From sequence record MN850604.1: a DNA stretch of 50,596 bases; one strand, 5' to 3'. Shown in pieces: positions 16,119-24,474 of the stretch. Within the stretch, counting starts at the first letter, position 1. Each line of letters starts with the position of its first letter. Below the pieces are notes generated by a model. That model worked only from the letters and a program-made list of their open reading frames with translations. It did not search any database and was not told where the DNA came from. The position numbers and the translations under genes are program-made. Origin of the DNA: Escherichia phage tunzivis.

Positions 16119-16429
16119 TTTACATTCACTACTACCAAATCGGAACTAACGAGAACAAGAAAGAGCATCGTTTCATCCATGATGATTTGGACAAGGCAAA
16201 GGCACAGCAACAGGTTTTAGGCGGTGTCATTAAGGCTTTTGAGCCTGTAGAAGATATTGAGTACCGCGAGCATTTAAAAGATGTTGTTATTGATGAGATC
16301 TCTTGCTTGATTGATGATATGACAAATCACGGCCCTGGTTCCCCGTGGGAAGATGCAGGATCTGTAACGTGGGATAAGGCCAAAGTTAAGACGCTAAACA
16401 ACTTTCGAGAGATTCTCGACGGTTTTTAA
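16115..16429 (+). CDS. hypothetical protein
   Basis: ORF 16034..16429; ATG at 16115 overlaps upstream stop (ATGA), preceded by GGAGGAA. Confidence 0.4.
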   Translation: MIYIHYYQIGTNENKKEHRFIHDDLDKAKAQQQVLGGVIKAFEPVEDIEYREHLKDVVIDEISCLIDDMTNHGPGSPWEDAGSVTWDKAKVKTLNNFREILDGF

Positions 16430-16499
16430 TTAAAAACGCATAGCCGTTAGAGAGCCTCAATCGCATTCTAACGAGCTATTTTTCTGGTAAGGTGATTTA

Positions 16500-16628
16500 A
16501 TGGATGAGTACAAACAACCCTCGCAATGGTGCAAAGAGAAGCAGGAGGAAGCACTTGAGCGCGGAGATGTAGAAGAAGCTATGAACTATTTCAAACTTGC
16601 GGAAGAATGGAAGGGGAGAGGATACTGA
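16500..16628 (+). CDS. small protein (<60 aa, not in track)
   Basis: Manual read MDEYKQPSQWCKEKQEEALERGDVEEAMNYFKLAEEWKGRGY; RBS AAGGTGA; stop overlaps next start (TGATG). Confidence 0.3.
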   Translation: MDEYKQPSQWCKEKQEEALERGDVEEAMNYFKLAEEWKGRGY

Positions 16629-16858
16629 TGTTCGGCATGAACGAGGCGCAATTCAACGCAGCTAAACGCCAGGCTAAAAAGTGCGGCGAGGCAATGAAAG
16701 CGGATGTGGAAAAGCGCGGGAAGTATGTTGATGAAGTAATGAAGGGCATCATTGCAGAACACTACCAGCCAATCGCGCCAATGTTGACGATCACTCAATT
16801 CATTTGGCTATGTGGTTACTTGCGCGGACGTTGGGGGAACGCTTTCGACAGGGAATGA
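16628..16858 (+). CDS. hypothetical protein
   Basis: ORF 16607..16858; ATG at 16628 (MFGMNEAQ). Confidence 0.4.
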   Translation: MFGMNEAQFNAAKRQAKKCGEAMKADVEKRGKYVDEVMKGIIAEHYQPIAPMLTITQFIWLCGYLRGRWGNAFDRE

Positions 16859-16887
16859 TTGACAACTCTTTCCTGATTGGTTAGCAT
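16859..16887 (+). promoter_or_regulatory. sigma70-like promoter (TTGACA-17 nt-TAGCAT)
   Basis: TTGACA 16859..16864 and TAGCAT 16882..16887; upstream of structured leader 16924..17006. Confidence 0.4.
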
Positions 16888-16923
16888 GGCGTCGTTTACA
16901 TAAGAGCGGCTTTGTCCGAACGC

Positions 16924-17006
16924 GTGACGCGATAGTCACACAACAACGGCGATATGCAGGAGGTTTTTGCAATGCAAAATAATCCGTAAGACGTATCGCC
17001 TTTTTT
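16924..17006 (+). other. structured leader: nested palindromes, 5-codon mini-ORF and terminator-like element upstream of 17021
   Basis: GTGACgcgataGTCAC 16924..16939; GGCGATA (16948..16954) pairs with TATCGCC (16994..17000) followed by TTTTTT; palindrome TTTTGCAaTGCAAAA 16965..16979; mini-ORF ATG CAA AAT AAT CCG TAA 16972..16989 with AGGAGG 8 nt upstream. Confidence 0.35.
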
Positions 17007-17020
17007 AATGGAGATCTAAA

Positions 17021-17254
17021 ATGATTAAATACAAATTAACCGTTTCTTTCCGTGATACCGTTATTCATCCTTTCTACAATAGCTTTGTTAACAGCTTTAC
17101 AGTAGAAGCGACAAGTGATCAGCTTGGCGGTGACGAAACTTGCATTTCTATCGGCAATGTTGCTTATCCGATTCACAACATTACCAGCATTAAGCGTGAG
17201 GTTGTCGCTGATGAATTACAAAGTGAAGATGACGATCCGGCGAATGGGGCGTAA
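17021..17254 (+). CDS. hypothetical protein
   Basis: 77-aa ORF; RBS ATGGAGAT; preceded by structured leader region. Confidence 0.45.
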   Translation: MIKYKLTVSFRDTVIHPFYNSFVNSFTVEATSDQLGGDETCISIGNVAYPIHNITSIKREVVADELQSEDDDPANGA

Positions 17255-17396
17255 CTGCCAATCATGCAAACAGGAATATGAATGCGTAGTTGATGCTCTT
17301 GATGAACTGGAAGCAGTAGCAAAAGCAAAAGAGCAATCGGGCGCTAATCCTGAAACACATCAATTTTCAATTAATCTTGTGAGGGCTTTACAATGA
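17229..17396 (+). CDS. hypothetical small Cys-containing protein
   Basis: ORF 17115..17396 in alternate frame; internal ATG 17229 (MTIRRMGRNCQSCKQEYEC); overlaps previous gene; uncertain. Confidence 0.3.
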   Translation: MTIRRMGRNCQSCKQEYECVVDALDELEAVAKAKEQSGANPETHQFSINLVRALQ

Positions 17397-17617
17397 TCGC
17401 ATTATCTTTCTGCATTGGTTTTATCATGGCTATCATTATCTTTTCCGTTGTCATGCGCTTTGCTTATAAGTTCGTGATTAATAAAGGTTGGTACGCTTCT
17501 GCCATCTGGAGCGAAAAACAAAAGAAATGGCTTGTACGTGGTCAATACCTGATGATCGGCAGCAAGATCCTAAATTCCATTCGAGCCAAAGATGGAAAAG
17601 TAAAATATACAGCTTAA
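17393..17617 (+). CDS. small membrane protein
   Basis: 74 aa; N-terminal TM segment; ATGA overlap; followed by strong terminator. Confidence 0.45.
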   Translation: MIALSFCIGFIMAIIIFSVVMRFAYKFVINKGWYASAIWSEKQKKWLVRGQYLMIGSKILNSIRAKDGKVKYTA

Positions 17618-17622
17618 AAATT

Positions 17623-17648
17623 ACCCGCCGCACGGCGGGTTTTTTATT
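17623..17648 (+). terminator. rho-independent terminator
   Basis: ACCCGCCG-cac-GGCGGGT then TTTTTTATT. Confidence 0.7.
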
Positions 17649-17658
17649 GCCCGTTGTT

Positions 17659-17667
17659 TGGTATAAT
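17659..17667 (+). promoter_or_regulatory. extended -10 element TGgTATAAT upstream of terminase small subunit
   Basis: TGGTATAAT directly after terminator 17623..17648; no clear -35. Confidence 0.35.
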
Positions 17668-17695
17668 CAGGCATCTAACCAAAGGAGGATTAACA

Positions 17696-18223
17696 ATGGC
17701 TAAAAACGTTGAGCCTGCTGTAAAGGCATTAAATTTCAAAGAGTTATATAATAAAACTTATGGCGATATTGTCACGCTAAACAACCGCCACAAGTACACG
17801 CCGGAACAGGTTTTTGATATGGCGATCCGCTATTTCACTTGGGCCGAAGAGAATCACATCCAGGCGGCTGAAACTGCTTCCTTTCAGGGTGACGTGTACG
17901 AGAGCAGAGTTTACAAGCCTCGCGTTTTCACGGTTAACGGATTCAGCTTGTATCTCGGCGTGACTGAGGCTGCCGTAAGCAAATGGCGTAAAGAGCCTGG
18001 ATTCTGCGATGTGATGGAGTTTGTTGATAAAGTAATTTACGAGCAAAAATTCCAGCTTGCGGCAAATAACATGATTAATGCTGGATTTATCGGTAAAGAG
18101 ATCGGCGTAGAGAAGCCAGCAACAGTGAGCGTTGAAGCTAGCGCGGCAGCTAATGCAAGCATTGACGCAGTAACTGCCGATGAGGTGAAAGAGGCTGTTA
18201 TTGATATTCTGGAGCAACTTTAA
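17696..18223 (+). CDS. terminase small subunit
   Basis: ORF 17654..18223; ATG at 17696 after AAAGGAGGA; immediately upstream of, and overlapping (TAATG), the large terminase. Confidence 0.6.
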   Translation: MAKNVEPAVKALNFKELYNKTYGDIVTLNNRHKYTPEQVFDMAIRYFTWAEENHIQAAETASFQGDVYESRVYKPRVFTVNGFSLYLGVTEAAVSKWRKEPGFCDVMEFVDKVIYEQKFQLAANNMINAGFIGKEIGVEKPATVSVEASAAANASIDAVTADEVKEAVIDILEQL

Positions 18224-19791
18224 TGATCATATGGGAAGATTTGACGGCGGCGCAAAAGCGAGCCATTAAAGAAATCAGTGAGCATTCATTCGAAAAGATG
18301 ATCAGAATCTGGTTTCAGTTATTGCAGGGGCAAAAATTCCAGAGCAACTGGCATTTTAGCTTATTGTGCAGTGAGGTAGAGAAGATCATCAATGGAGAGT
18401 CGCAGAATGTGATTTTCAACATTACGCCAGGTAGCGGTAAGACTGAGATTTTCTCGATCCACATGTCACCCTACGCGTCATTGAAAAGTCGGAAGGTGAG
18501 AAACCTTAACCTTTCGTTTAGTGATGGACTTGTCCAGCAAAACAGCAACAGGATAAAGGAGATTATCGGTTCTCCTGAGTGGCAAGAGCTATGGCCAGGA
18601 AAACTGGCAAAGGCGAGCGCAAAAGATCTCATAGTTACGGATGGCGGCAAGGTTAAATTGCAAGTTAACTCACGTTCTATTGGCGGACAGGTAACAGGTT
18701 TGCGTGGCGGCTATATGGATGATGGTTTTACTGGTATGCTGGTTCTGGACGATCCAGACAAGCCTGATGATATGCTTTCTAAGGTCAAGCGTGAGGCGAT
18801 CCACATGAGGTTAAAAAACACAGTGCGTTCTCGTCGAATGAAAGACACCACGCCAATTGTTATGGTGCAACAGCGACTACACGTTAATGATTCCACCTGG
18901 TTCATGCTTAATGGCGGGATGGGCGGTATTGAGTTTAAAGTTGTGAGCATTCCTGCGCTGGTTACGAAAGAATACCGCGAAACGCTTCCTGATTGGTTGA
19001 AGCCTGAATTTGATCGTGATGTGTTGTCAAGTAAGCCAGTGATGATAGATGGAGTTGCTCATTATTCATTTTGGCCTGCAAAGGAAAGCGCGGAGGAATT
19101 GCTTGCATTGCGCAATGCAGATCCTTACACGTTCGCCAGCCAATACCAACAACAACCCATCGCGCTTGGCGGCAACGTGTTTAAAACAGAGTGGTTCCAG
19201 TATTACGGCAGCGGCGAAAAATGCGCACTTCCTAAACCGGATCGCTTTGAATACACATTTATTACTGGAGATACAGCACAGAAGGCCGGAGAGCTTAACG
19301 ACTATTCAGTTTTTTGTTATTGGGGGATGTATAAAAATCGCGTTTACTTCATTGATGGCATTCGCGGCAAGTGGGAAGCGCCAGATCTTGAATTAAATTT
19401 TATTGCCTTCGTTAATCAGTGCTGGAAGCGCAATAAGGAGTGTGGCAGCTTGCGACGTATTCACATTGAGGATAAGGCCAGCGGCACGGGTTTGATTCAG
19501 GGGGCCAAAAAGAAGATCCCGATTGATATAAATCCCGTTCAGCGAAGCAATGACAAGGTAACGCGAGCAATGGACGCCGCGCCAGTAATGAGGGCAGGAC
19601 GTGTGGCACTGCCAGAAAGTCATCCCATGTTACCTGAGATACTGGCAGAGGTTGCAGCGTTCACTTTTGACGATTCTCATCCCCATGATGATATTGTCGA
19701 TAATATAGTTGATGCTGTTAACGTCGAAATGAACTTGGCAGATGATCCGGTAGCAAGGATGAAAAAGCTGGCTGGTCTACGCAATAAATAG
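18223..19791 (+). CDS. terminase large subunit
   Basis: 522 aa; P-loop-like TPGSGKTE in N-terminal ATPase half, acidic residues in C-terminal nuclease half; position TerS-TerL-portal. Confidence 0.8.
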   Translation: MIIWEDLTAAQKRAIKEISEHSFEKMIRIWFQLLQGQKFQSNWHFSLLCSEVEKIINGESQNVIFNITPGSGKTEIFSIHMSPYASLKSRKVRNLNLSFSDGLVQQNSNRIKEIIGSPEWQELWPGKLAKASAKDLIVTDGGKVKLQVNSRSIGGQVTGLRGGYMDDGFTGMLVLDDPDKPDDMLSKVKREAIHMRLKNTVRSRRMKDTTPIVMVQQRLHVNDSTWFMLNGGMGGIEFKVVSIPALVTKEYRETLPDWLKPEFDRDVLSSKPVMIDGVAHYSFWPAKESAEELLALRNADPYTFASQYQQQPIALGGNVFKTEWFQYYGSGEKCALPKPDRFEYTFITGDTAQKAGELNDYSVFCYWGMYKNRVYFIDGIRGKWEAPDLELNFIAFVNQCWKRNKECGSLRRIHIEDKASGTGLIQGAKKKIPIDINPVQRSNDKVTRAMDAAPVMRAGRVALPESHPMLPEILAEVAAFTFDDSHPHDDIVDNIVDAVNVEMNLADDPVARMKKLAGLRNK

Positions 19792-19808
19792 CACTAATTG
19801 CTAAAAAG
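19789..19808 (+). promoter_or_regulatory. conserved motif copy (variant TAGCACTAATTGCTAAAAAG) with adjacent TATAAT, between terminase and portal
   Basis: variant motif followed 4 nt later by TATAAT (19812..19817) and then a terminator hairpin; atypical spacing. Confidence 0.4.
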
Positions 19809-19818
19809 TTATATAATC

Positions 19819-19846
19819 AAGGCTGGATTTTTCCAGCCTTTTTTAT
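19819..19846 (+). terminator. rho-independent terminator after terminase
   Basis: AAGGCTGGA-ttttt-CCAGCCTT then TTTTTATT. Confidence 0.65.
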
Positions 19847-19861
19847 TATGGAGATTTGACG

Positions 19862-21154
19862 ATGAGCGAAAAAACAAGGCTAGTTAAGGCCGATGGATAC
19901 AACGAGATTTTCAAGGGTAGTAAGGGCAATGGGCGTGTAGAGTTGCCTTTCTTTATGCAGGGGTTCGAATACACCACGCACGCTGATTTTTACATTCGTG
20001 ACGGCCTAGCAAAACGAATCATCGACGTTGTTCCAGAAGAAATGGTGACGCCTGGATTTAATATTGATGGCGTGGAAGATGAGGAAAGTTTTAGATCTTT
20101 GTGGGATGAGAAGCGACTAAACGATAAAATCATTGATGCGCTTTGCTGGTCGCGTCTTTTTGGTGGCGCTGCAATCGTGGCAATCGTCCAGGATGGCAGG
20201 TCGTTAAAGTCACCTGTAGCGCCTGGTGCAATCCTTGAAGATGTTCGCGTTTACGATCGCTTTCAGGTTAGGGTAGAAAAGCGCGAAACTAATCCACGCA
20301 AGGTAAGATATGGTGAGCCATTAATTTACACCATTTCACCTGGTGCCGACTTGCCAGAATACCAGGTTCACTATTCGCGAGTCTGTATTATCGACGGTGA
20401 GCGGCTACCAAATCAGCGGCGTCAATCAAATGATGGGTGGGGTGAGTCGATCCTGAATAAGAGACTTGTTGAGGCTATTTGTGATTATAACTACTGCGAA
20501 AACTTAGCAACTCAATTGTTGCGACGTAAGCAACAGGCGGTATGGAAAGTTAAAGGTCTTGCTGATCTTTGTGATGATGATGATGGTGTTAGTGCCGCAC
20601 GTTTGCGACTTGCTCAAGTTGATGATGAGGGTGGCGTAGGCCGTGCGATCGGCATTGATGCGGAAGATGAGGAATATGATGTTTTAAATTCTGATATTTC
20701 TGCCGTCGATTCGTTCTTGGAAAAGAAGATGGATCGCATTGTATCTCTTTCCGGCATCCATGAAATCATCCTCAAAAACAAGAACGTTGGCGGTGTTAGC
20801 GCGAGCCAAAACACGGCGCTTGAAACCTTCTACAAGCTGATCGACCGAAAGCGAAAGGAAGAATACAAACCAATCCTTGAATTTCTGATCCCGTTCCTTA
20901 TTCAAGAGGAAGAATGGAGCATTCAGTTTGCGCCGTTAAGCGTTCCAAGCGAAAAGGACCAGGCCGAAATCTTGAACAAGAACATTGATTCTTTGAGTAA
21001 GGCTATTGACGGTCAATTCATGGATGCAGAAGAGGCGCGCGACACATTGCGAGCCATTGCGCCTAACGTTAAACTAAAAGACGGCAATGACATTAAATTA
21101 CCTGAGCAAGACGTAGAGCCAGAGCCAGGAACAACAGAGGGTAGCAATCAATGA
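19862..21154 (+). CDS. portal protein
   Basis: ORF 19856..21154 (TTG); ATG at 19862 with GGAG RBS; about 430 aa; acidic C-terminus; synteny after terminase. Confidence 0.7.
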   Translation: MSEKTRLVKADGYNEIFKGSKGNGRVELPFFMQGFEYTTHADFYIRDGLAKRIIDVVPEEMVTPGFNIDGVEDEESFRSLWDEKRLNDKIIDALCWSRLFGGAAIVAIVQDGRSLKSPVAPGAILEDVRVYDRFQVRVEKRETNPRKVRYGEPLIYTISPGADLPEYQVHYSRVCIIDGERLPNQRRQSNDGWGESILNKRLVEAICDYNYCENLATQLLRRKQQAVWKVKGLADLCDDDDGVSAARLRLAQVDDEGGVGRAIGIDAEDEEYDVLNSDISAVDSFLEKKMDRIVSLSGIHEIILKNKNVGGVSASQNTALETFYKLIDRKRKEEYKPILEFLIPFLIQEEEWSIQFAPLSVPSEKDQAEILNKNIDSLSKAIDGQFMDAEEARDTLRAIAPNVKLKDGNDIKLPEQDVEPEPGTTEGSNQ

Positions 21155-21906
21155 TAGTGAAAGGCGTCGTTAAACAATGGCGCTTTCCTGAAGCAAGCGA
21201 GCGGCAATTGCGCCGCTCAATTCAGGAGGCGATAAGGGATCTTGTTGTGCTGATGCGCAGCAAAACAAAGGAAATGAAATTTGACGCGGACACCGAAGAA
21301 ATCAACGCCGCAGAGGATGAGATTAGTAGCTTCGCGTTAAAGCTAATAGCTGGCATCGCCGCATCACTTCCGGCTATCGGTCTTGCTGTTTATAAATTCA
21401 ACGCGAAGCAATTTATTAACGTAGCCAAATCAACGGGAGGCAAGTCAAATTCAGCCGTTATCATCCTTATGGCTATTGGGGCCAATGCGAATGAGAGTTG
21501 GTATAGGACGCTATACGGTCAATGGCATGACATGACGATCGCGTCTCTTCAAAAGCTATTTGGAAACATCGTGTCTGACTGGTCAACCAATATTAGATTG
21601 GCAAACTTTCGCGGAATGAGAGATAGCCAGGTTAATGAATTGGCTGGTAAGAGGTTCGCAGTGTATAGCTCTTGGGGTAAGACAAGGGCGGAAAACATCA
21701 TAGGCGCTTGGAATAGTAGACTCATGCGCCAGCGTCTTTATGATTCAAAAGTAACTCATTATTTTTGGCATGGTATGCTTGATGACAGAGAGCGATTGCA
21801 GCATGTACAATGGGAAGGTAAGCGCATTGCGCTAGATTCTGAACATGATTTTCCTGGTGAGCCTTTCGGTTGTCGTTGTTGGGCCATACCAGATTGGAAC
21901 AGTTAA
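21151..21906 (+). CDS. head morphogenesis protein (Mu F / SPP1 gp7-like)
   Basis: 251 aa; ATGA overlap with portal; conserved position. Confidence 0.55.
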   Translation: MIVKGVVKQWRFPEASERQLRRSIQEAIRDLVVLMRSKTKEMKFDADTEEINAAEDEISSFALKLIAGIAASLPAIGLAVYKFNAKQFINVAKSTGGKSNSAVIILMAIGANANESWYRTLYGQWHDMTIASLQKLFGNIVSDWSTNIRLANFRGMRDSQVNELAGKRFAVYSSWGKTRAENIIGAWNSRLMRQRLYDSKVTHYFWHGMLDDRERLQHVQWEGKRIALDSEHDFPGEPFGCRCWAIPDWNS

Positions 21907-21916
21907 GAGGTATTAA

Positions 21917-23032
21917 ATGAAGGCAAAACAAAGATTTGATAGCGCCAAAGTAAAGGCGCACTTTGATGATAACGGGTTTTTAGTTGATCGCCCTATCGTG
22001 GCGCGAATTGGTTTACAAGTCTATCAGACTCCTTTCGGTGAGCGCCGAGAATTTCGCCCTGCGTCAGAAGTATTCAAGGCCGACTCGCTCGCCACCTTTG
22101 CAGGGAAGCCGGTCACGGTTGGTCACGTCACGGTAACGCCAGAAAACGCCGAAAAGGTTGTAGTTGGTTCTTGTGCTGGCGCTGGTGTGCCGAACGGGAT
22201 CGGCGTAGAGGTTCCGTTAAGCATTTACTCAAAACGAGCAATCGAAAGCGCAAAGAAGCGAGACACGGCGGAAATTTCAGTTGGTTATACATCGGTTGAT
22301 ATTGATAAACCAGGCTGGGGCAATAATAAAACTGGTGAGTACGTTTTCGATGAGGACGTTAGCGAAGACTGGAAACCTGATTCTCCTGATTGGGTTAAGT
22401 TTGATGCAATCCAGACTGAAATCAAGGTAAACCACATCGCGTTAGTTTTCCGAGGTCGAGCTGGCATTGCAAAATTAAACCTTGATAGCCAGCAAGATTT
22501 TCCGTATAGTGACGACGTTATTAACAACAAAGAGGATCAAATCATGACTGTAAAAATTAAACTGGATGGCGCTGTAGAGTTTGACGTGCCGAAAGCGGTT
22601 GCGGATCACATTGAATCACTGAAAGCTGATACCAAAGCGCAGAAAGAAAAGGCTGACAGCCTGGAAGCTGAGCGAGACGCACTGCAAACCAAAGTAGATG
22701 GCATTCAGGATCAGATTGATGCCGCAGTCAAGAAGGCCAAAGAAGATGCCGAGCAATATGCTCAATTAGTGGCAGACGCTAAAGAGTTAGGCATCAAGTG
22801 CGACGGCCTGGATGCGAAAGCAATCAAGGTTGCATACATCAAGGAAGTTATGGGCAATGACGTTTCTGATAAAACTGATGCCTATATCGAAACAGCTTTC
22901 GACATCGCCAAAAACTCTGATAAAATGGCGGCGCAGCGTAAGAGCATTAAAGGTGACTCTTTCGCGAATGAAAAGCAGGATGACGCAGGTTCTAAGCTGA
23001 ATCCTAACGCTCGTTTTGAGAAACTGAAATAA
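21917..23032 (+). CDS. scaffolding protein (possibly with N-terminal protease-like domain)
   Basis: 371 aa; C-terminal half strongly coiled-coil (KADTKAQKEKADSLEAERDALQTKVDGIQDQIDAAVKKAKEDAEQ); lies between MuF and capsid genes. Confidence 0.5.
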   Translation: MKAKQRFDSAKVKAHFDDNGFLVDRPIVARIGLQVYQTPFGERREFRPASEVFKADSLATFAGKPVTVGHVTVTPENAEKVVVGSCAGAGVPNGIGVEVPLSIYSKRAIESAKKRDTAEISVGYTSVDIDKPGWGNNKTGEYVFDEDVSEDWKPDSPDWVKFDAIQTEIKVNHIALVFRGRAGIAKLNLDSQQDFPYSDDVINNKEDQIMTVKIKLDGAVEFDVPKAVADHIESLKADTKAQKEKADSLEAERDALQTKVDGIQDQIDAAVKKAKEDAEQYAQLVADAKELGIKCDGLDAKAIKVAYIKEVMGNDVSDKTDAYIETAFDIAKNSDKMAAQRKSIKGDSFANEKQDDAGSKLNPNARFEKLK

Positions 23033-23044
23033 GGAGTAATTAAA

Positions 23045-23554
23045 ATGGCTAAAATTGGAGCAAGTTATTTTGACACTATGGCGCGTGCGCTTCCTGGTCA
23101 GGTATCCGATACTTCGGCATATAACATCGACGGCGCTTGTGTTCTTGACAAGGAAGACGGCATCCCAATCCTGGTTGGCGTGGCTGTTAAGCTAAAAGGC
23201 GTTGACTCAATGGGTAATAAGCTGATCGACGCTATTTCTGGTAGTGGTGATGTTCCTTATGGCGTTGGCATCCGTTCGCACTTTCAAACTACGGCTGATA
23301 ATGGACGAATGGTTTATGAGGCTGGCGGCGGAATCAACGTTATGACAGAGGGACGCGTTTGGATGGTTGGCGATGATACCGACAAGAGCAAAAAACCATC
23401 GTATCGTGAGCCTGTAAAAATTGATGAAAACACTGGCAAGGTGAAAAGTGCTGGCACTATCAATACCAACTGGATTTACACGGGAGATAAAACCACATTT
23501 GGAACTGGCGATGATGTGTTGACTTTGTTTGAAGTTCAGGTCTTCCCAAGCTAA
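23045..23554 (+). CDS. capsid decoration-like protein, paralog 1
   Basis: 169 aa; shares pattern YNIDG...TEGRVWM...W-YTGD with 23605..24393; followed by terminator. Confidence 0.45.
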   Translation: MAKIGASYFDTMARALPGQVSDTSAYNIDGACVLDKEDGIPILVGVAVKLKGVDSMGNKLIDAISGSGDVPYGVGIRSHFQTTADNGRMVYEAGGGINVMTEGRVWMVGDDTDKSKKPSYREPVKIDENTGKVKSAGTINTNWIYTGDKTTFGTGDDVLTLFEVQVFPS

Positions 23555-23558
23555 AATT

Positions 23559-23587
23559 AAGGCGCTCGCTTGAGCGCCTTTTTTATT
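23559..23587 (+). terminator. rho-independent terminator
   Basis: GGCGCTC-gcttg-AGCGCC then TTTTTTATT. Confidence 0.7.
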
Positions 23588-23604
23588 ATGTAAGGAGAAA
23601 TGAA

Positions 23605-24393
23605 ATGGCTAAAGATTATTCATCTGTTATGGGTCTTTCTTGCCCTGGTTGTTTGGTTGATTCTACTCGCTACAATATTGATGGAACTGGTGTTTGCGGA
23701 TCTGAGTCGATCATTGCTGGCAAGGTTGTTTTCTTCAAAGAGAGAGTAGAAGGTTATAACATATTTGTTGATCAAAAAGAGGATAATGCAGTAGTTGCTG
23801 GTATTGCGCTAAGGAGCAACATAACAACAACAGTTAACGAGGATGGCGGGTACTCTGACTGCAAAGAAGGTGATCCTATTAGCGTTGTAACTCGTGGTCG
23901 CGTGTGGGTGTTAACTGAAAGTATTGATGAAGCTCCTTCACACGGTGAAAAAGTATATGTTAATAACGATGGATTTGTTGGTAAGTCCGGCGACCAGGTT
24001 GTTGATGGGTGGATTTTTACAGGTGATTTTATGAAATTTGACAGTAGCATTAACATTGTAGGGATTCATATCAAACCTGTAATAGTACATGTTCAAAAGT
24101 TAACAGCGGCTATTATTGAAGATGTTGAAGGTAACAAGCCTGATGGAAACAGACCAAACAATGAGCCTGTTAATCTCAAGGTTACTGTAGAGCCTGAATA
24201 TGCAACAGATAAAACTGGAACATGGGAGATTTCATTAGGAGGAGAATACGCATCAATTTCGCCAAGTGGTGACACGGCGCAAGTAACGCCATCAAGCAAT
24301 GGTGATGTATATGTAAACTGGGTGGCAAATGACGGATCTGGTGTATCTGACACATTTATCATCAACTTTGTAGATCCAGAGCCTGGCCCTTAA
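23605..24393 (+). CDS. capsid decoration-like protein, paralog 2, with C-terminal Ig-like domain
   Basis: 262 aa; N-terminal about 150 aa paralogous to 23045..23554 (YNIDG...TRGRVWV...WIFTGD); C-terminal beta-rich segment (NLKVTVEPEYATDKTGTWEISLGGEYASISPSGDTAQVTPSSNGDVYVNWV) resembles bacterial Ig-like domains. Confidence 0.5.
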   Translation: MAKDYSSVMGLSCPGCLVDSTRYNIDGTGVCGSESIIAGKVVFFKERVEGYNIFVDQKEDNAVVAGIALRSNITTTVNEDGGYSDCKEGDPISVVTRGRVWVLTESIDEAPSHGEKVYVNNDGFVGKSGDQVVDGWIFTGDFMKFDSSINIVGIHIKPVIVHVQKLTAAIIEDVEGNKPDGNRPNNEPVNLKVTVEPEYATDKTGTWEISLGGEYASISPSGDTAQVTPSSNGDVYVNWVANDGSGVSDTFIINFVDPEPGP

Positions 24394-24411
24394 CATAAAA
24401 ACATCTTGCAC

Positions 24412-24429
24412 GTTTAACAAAAAGTGCTA
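24412..24429 (-). promoter_or_regulatory. inverted conserved motif copy in front of major capsid gene
   Basis: GTTTAACAAAAAGTGCTA on + strand, followed by hairpin/T-run and RBS GGAGG; no class-F -10 on either strand. Confidence 0.45.
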
Positions 24430-24436
24430 TCATCTA

Positions 24437-24461
24437 GGCCGTTACATTTAACGGCCTTTTA
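24437..24461 (+). terminator. hairpin with short T-run upstream of capsid gene
   Basis: GGCCGTTA-cattt-AACGGCC then TTTTAT. Confidence 0.45.
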
Positions 24462-24474
24462 TGGAGGAAACAAA

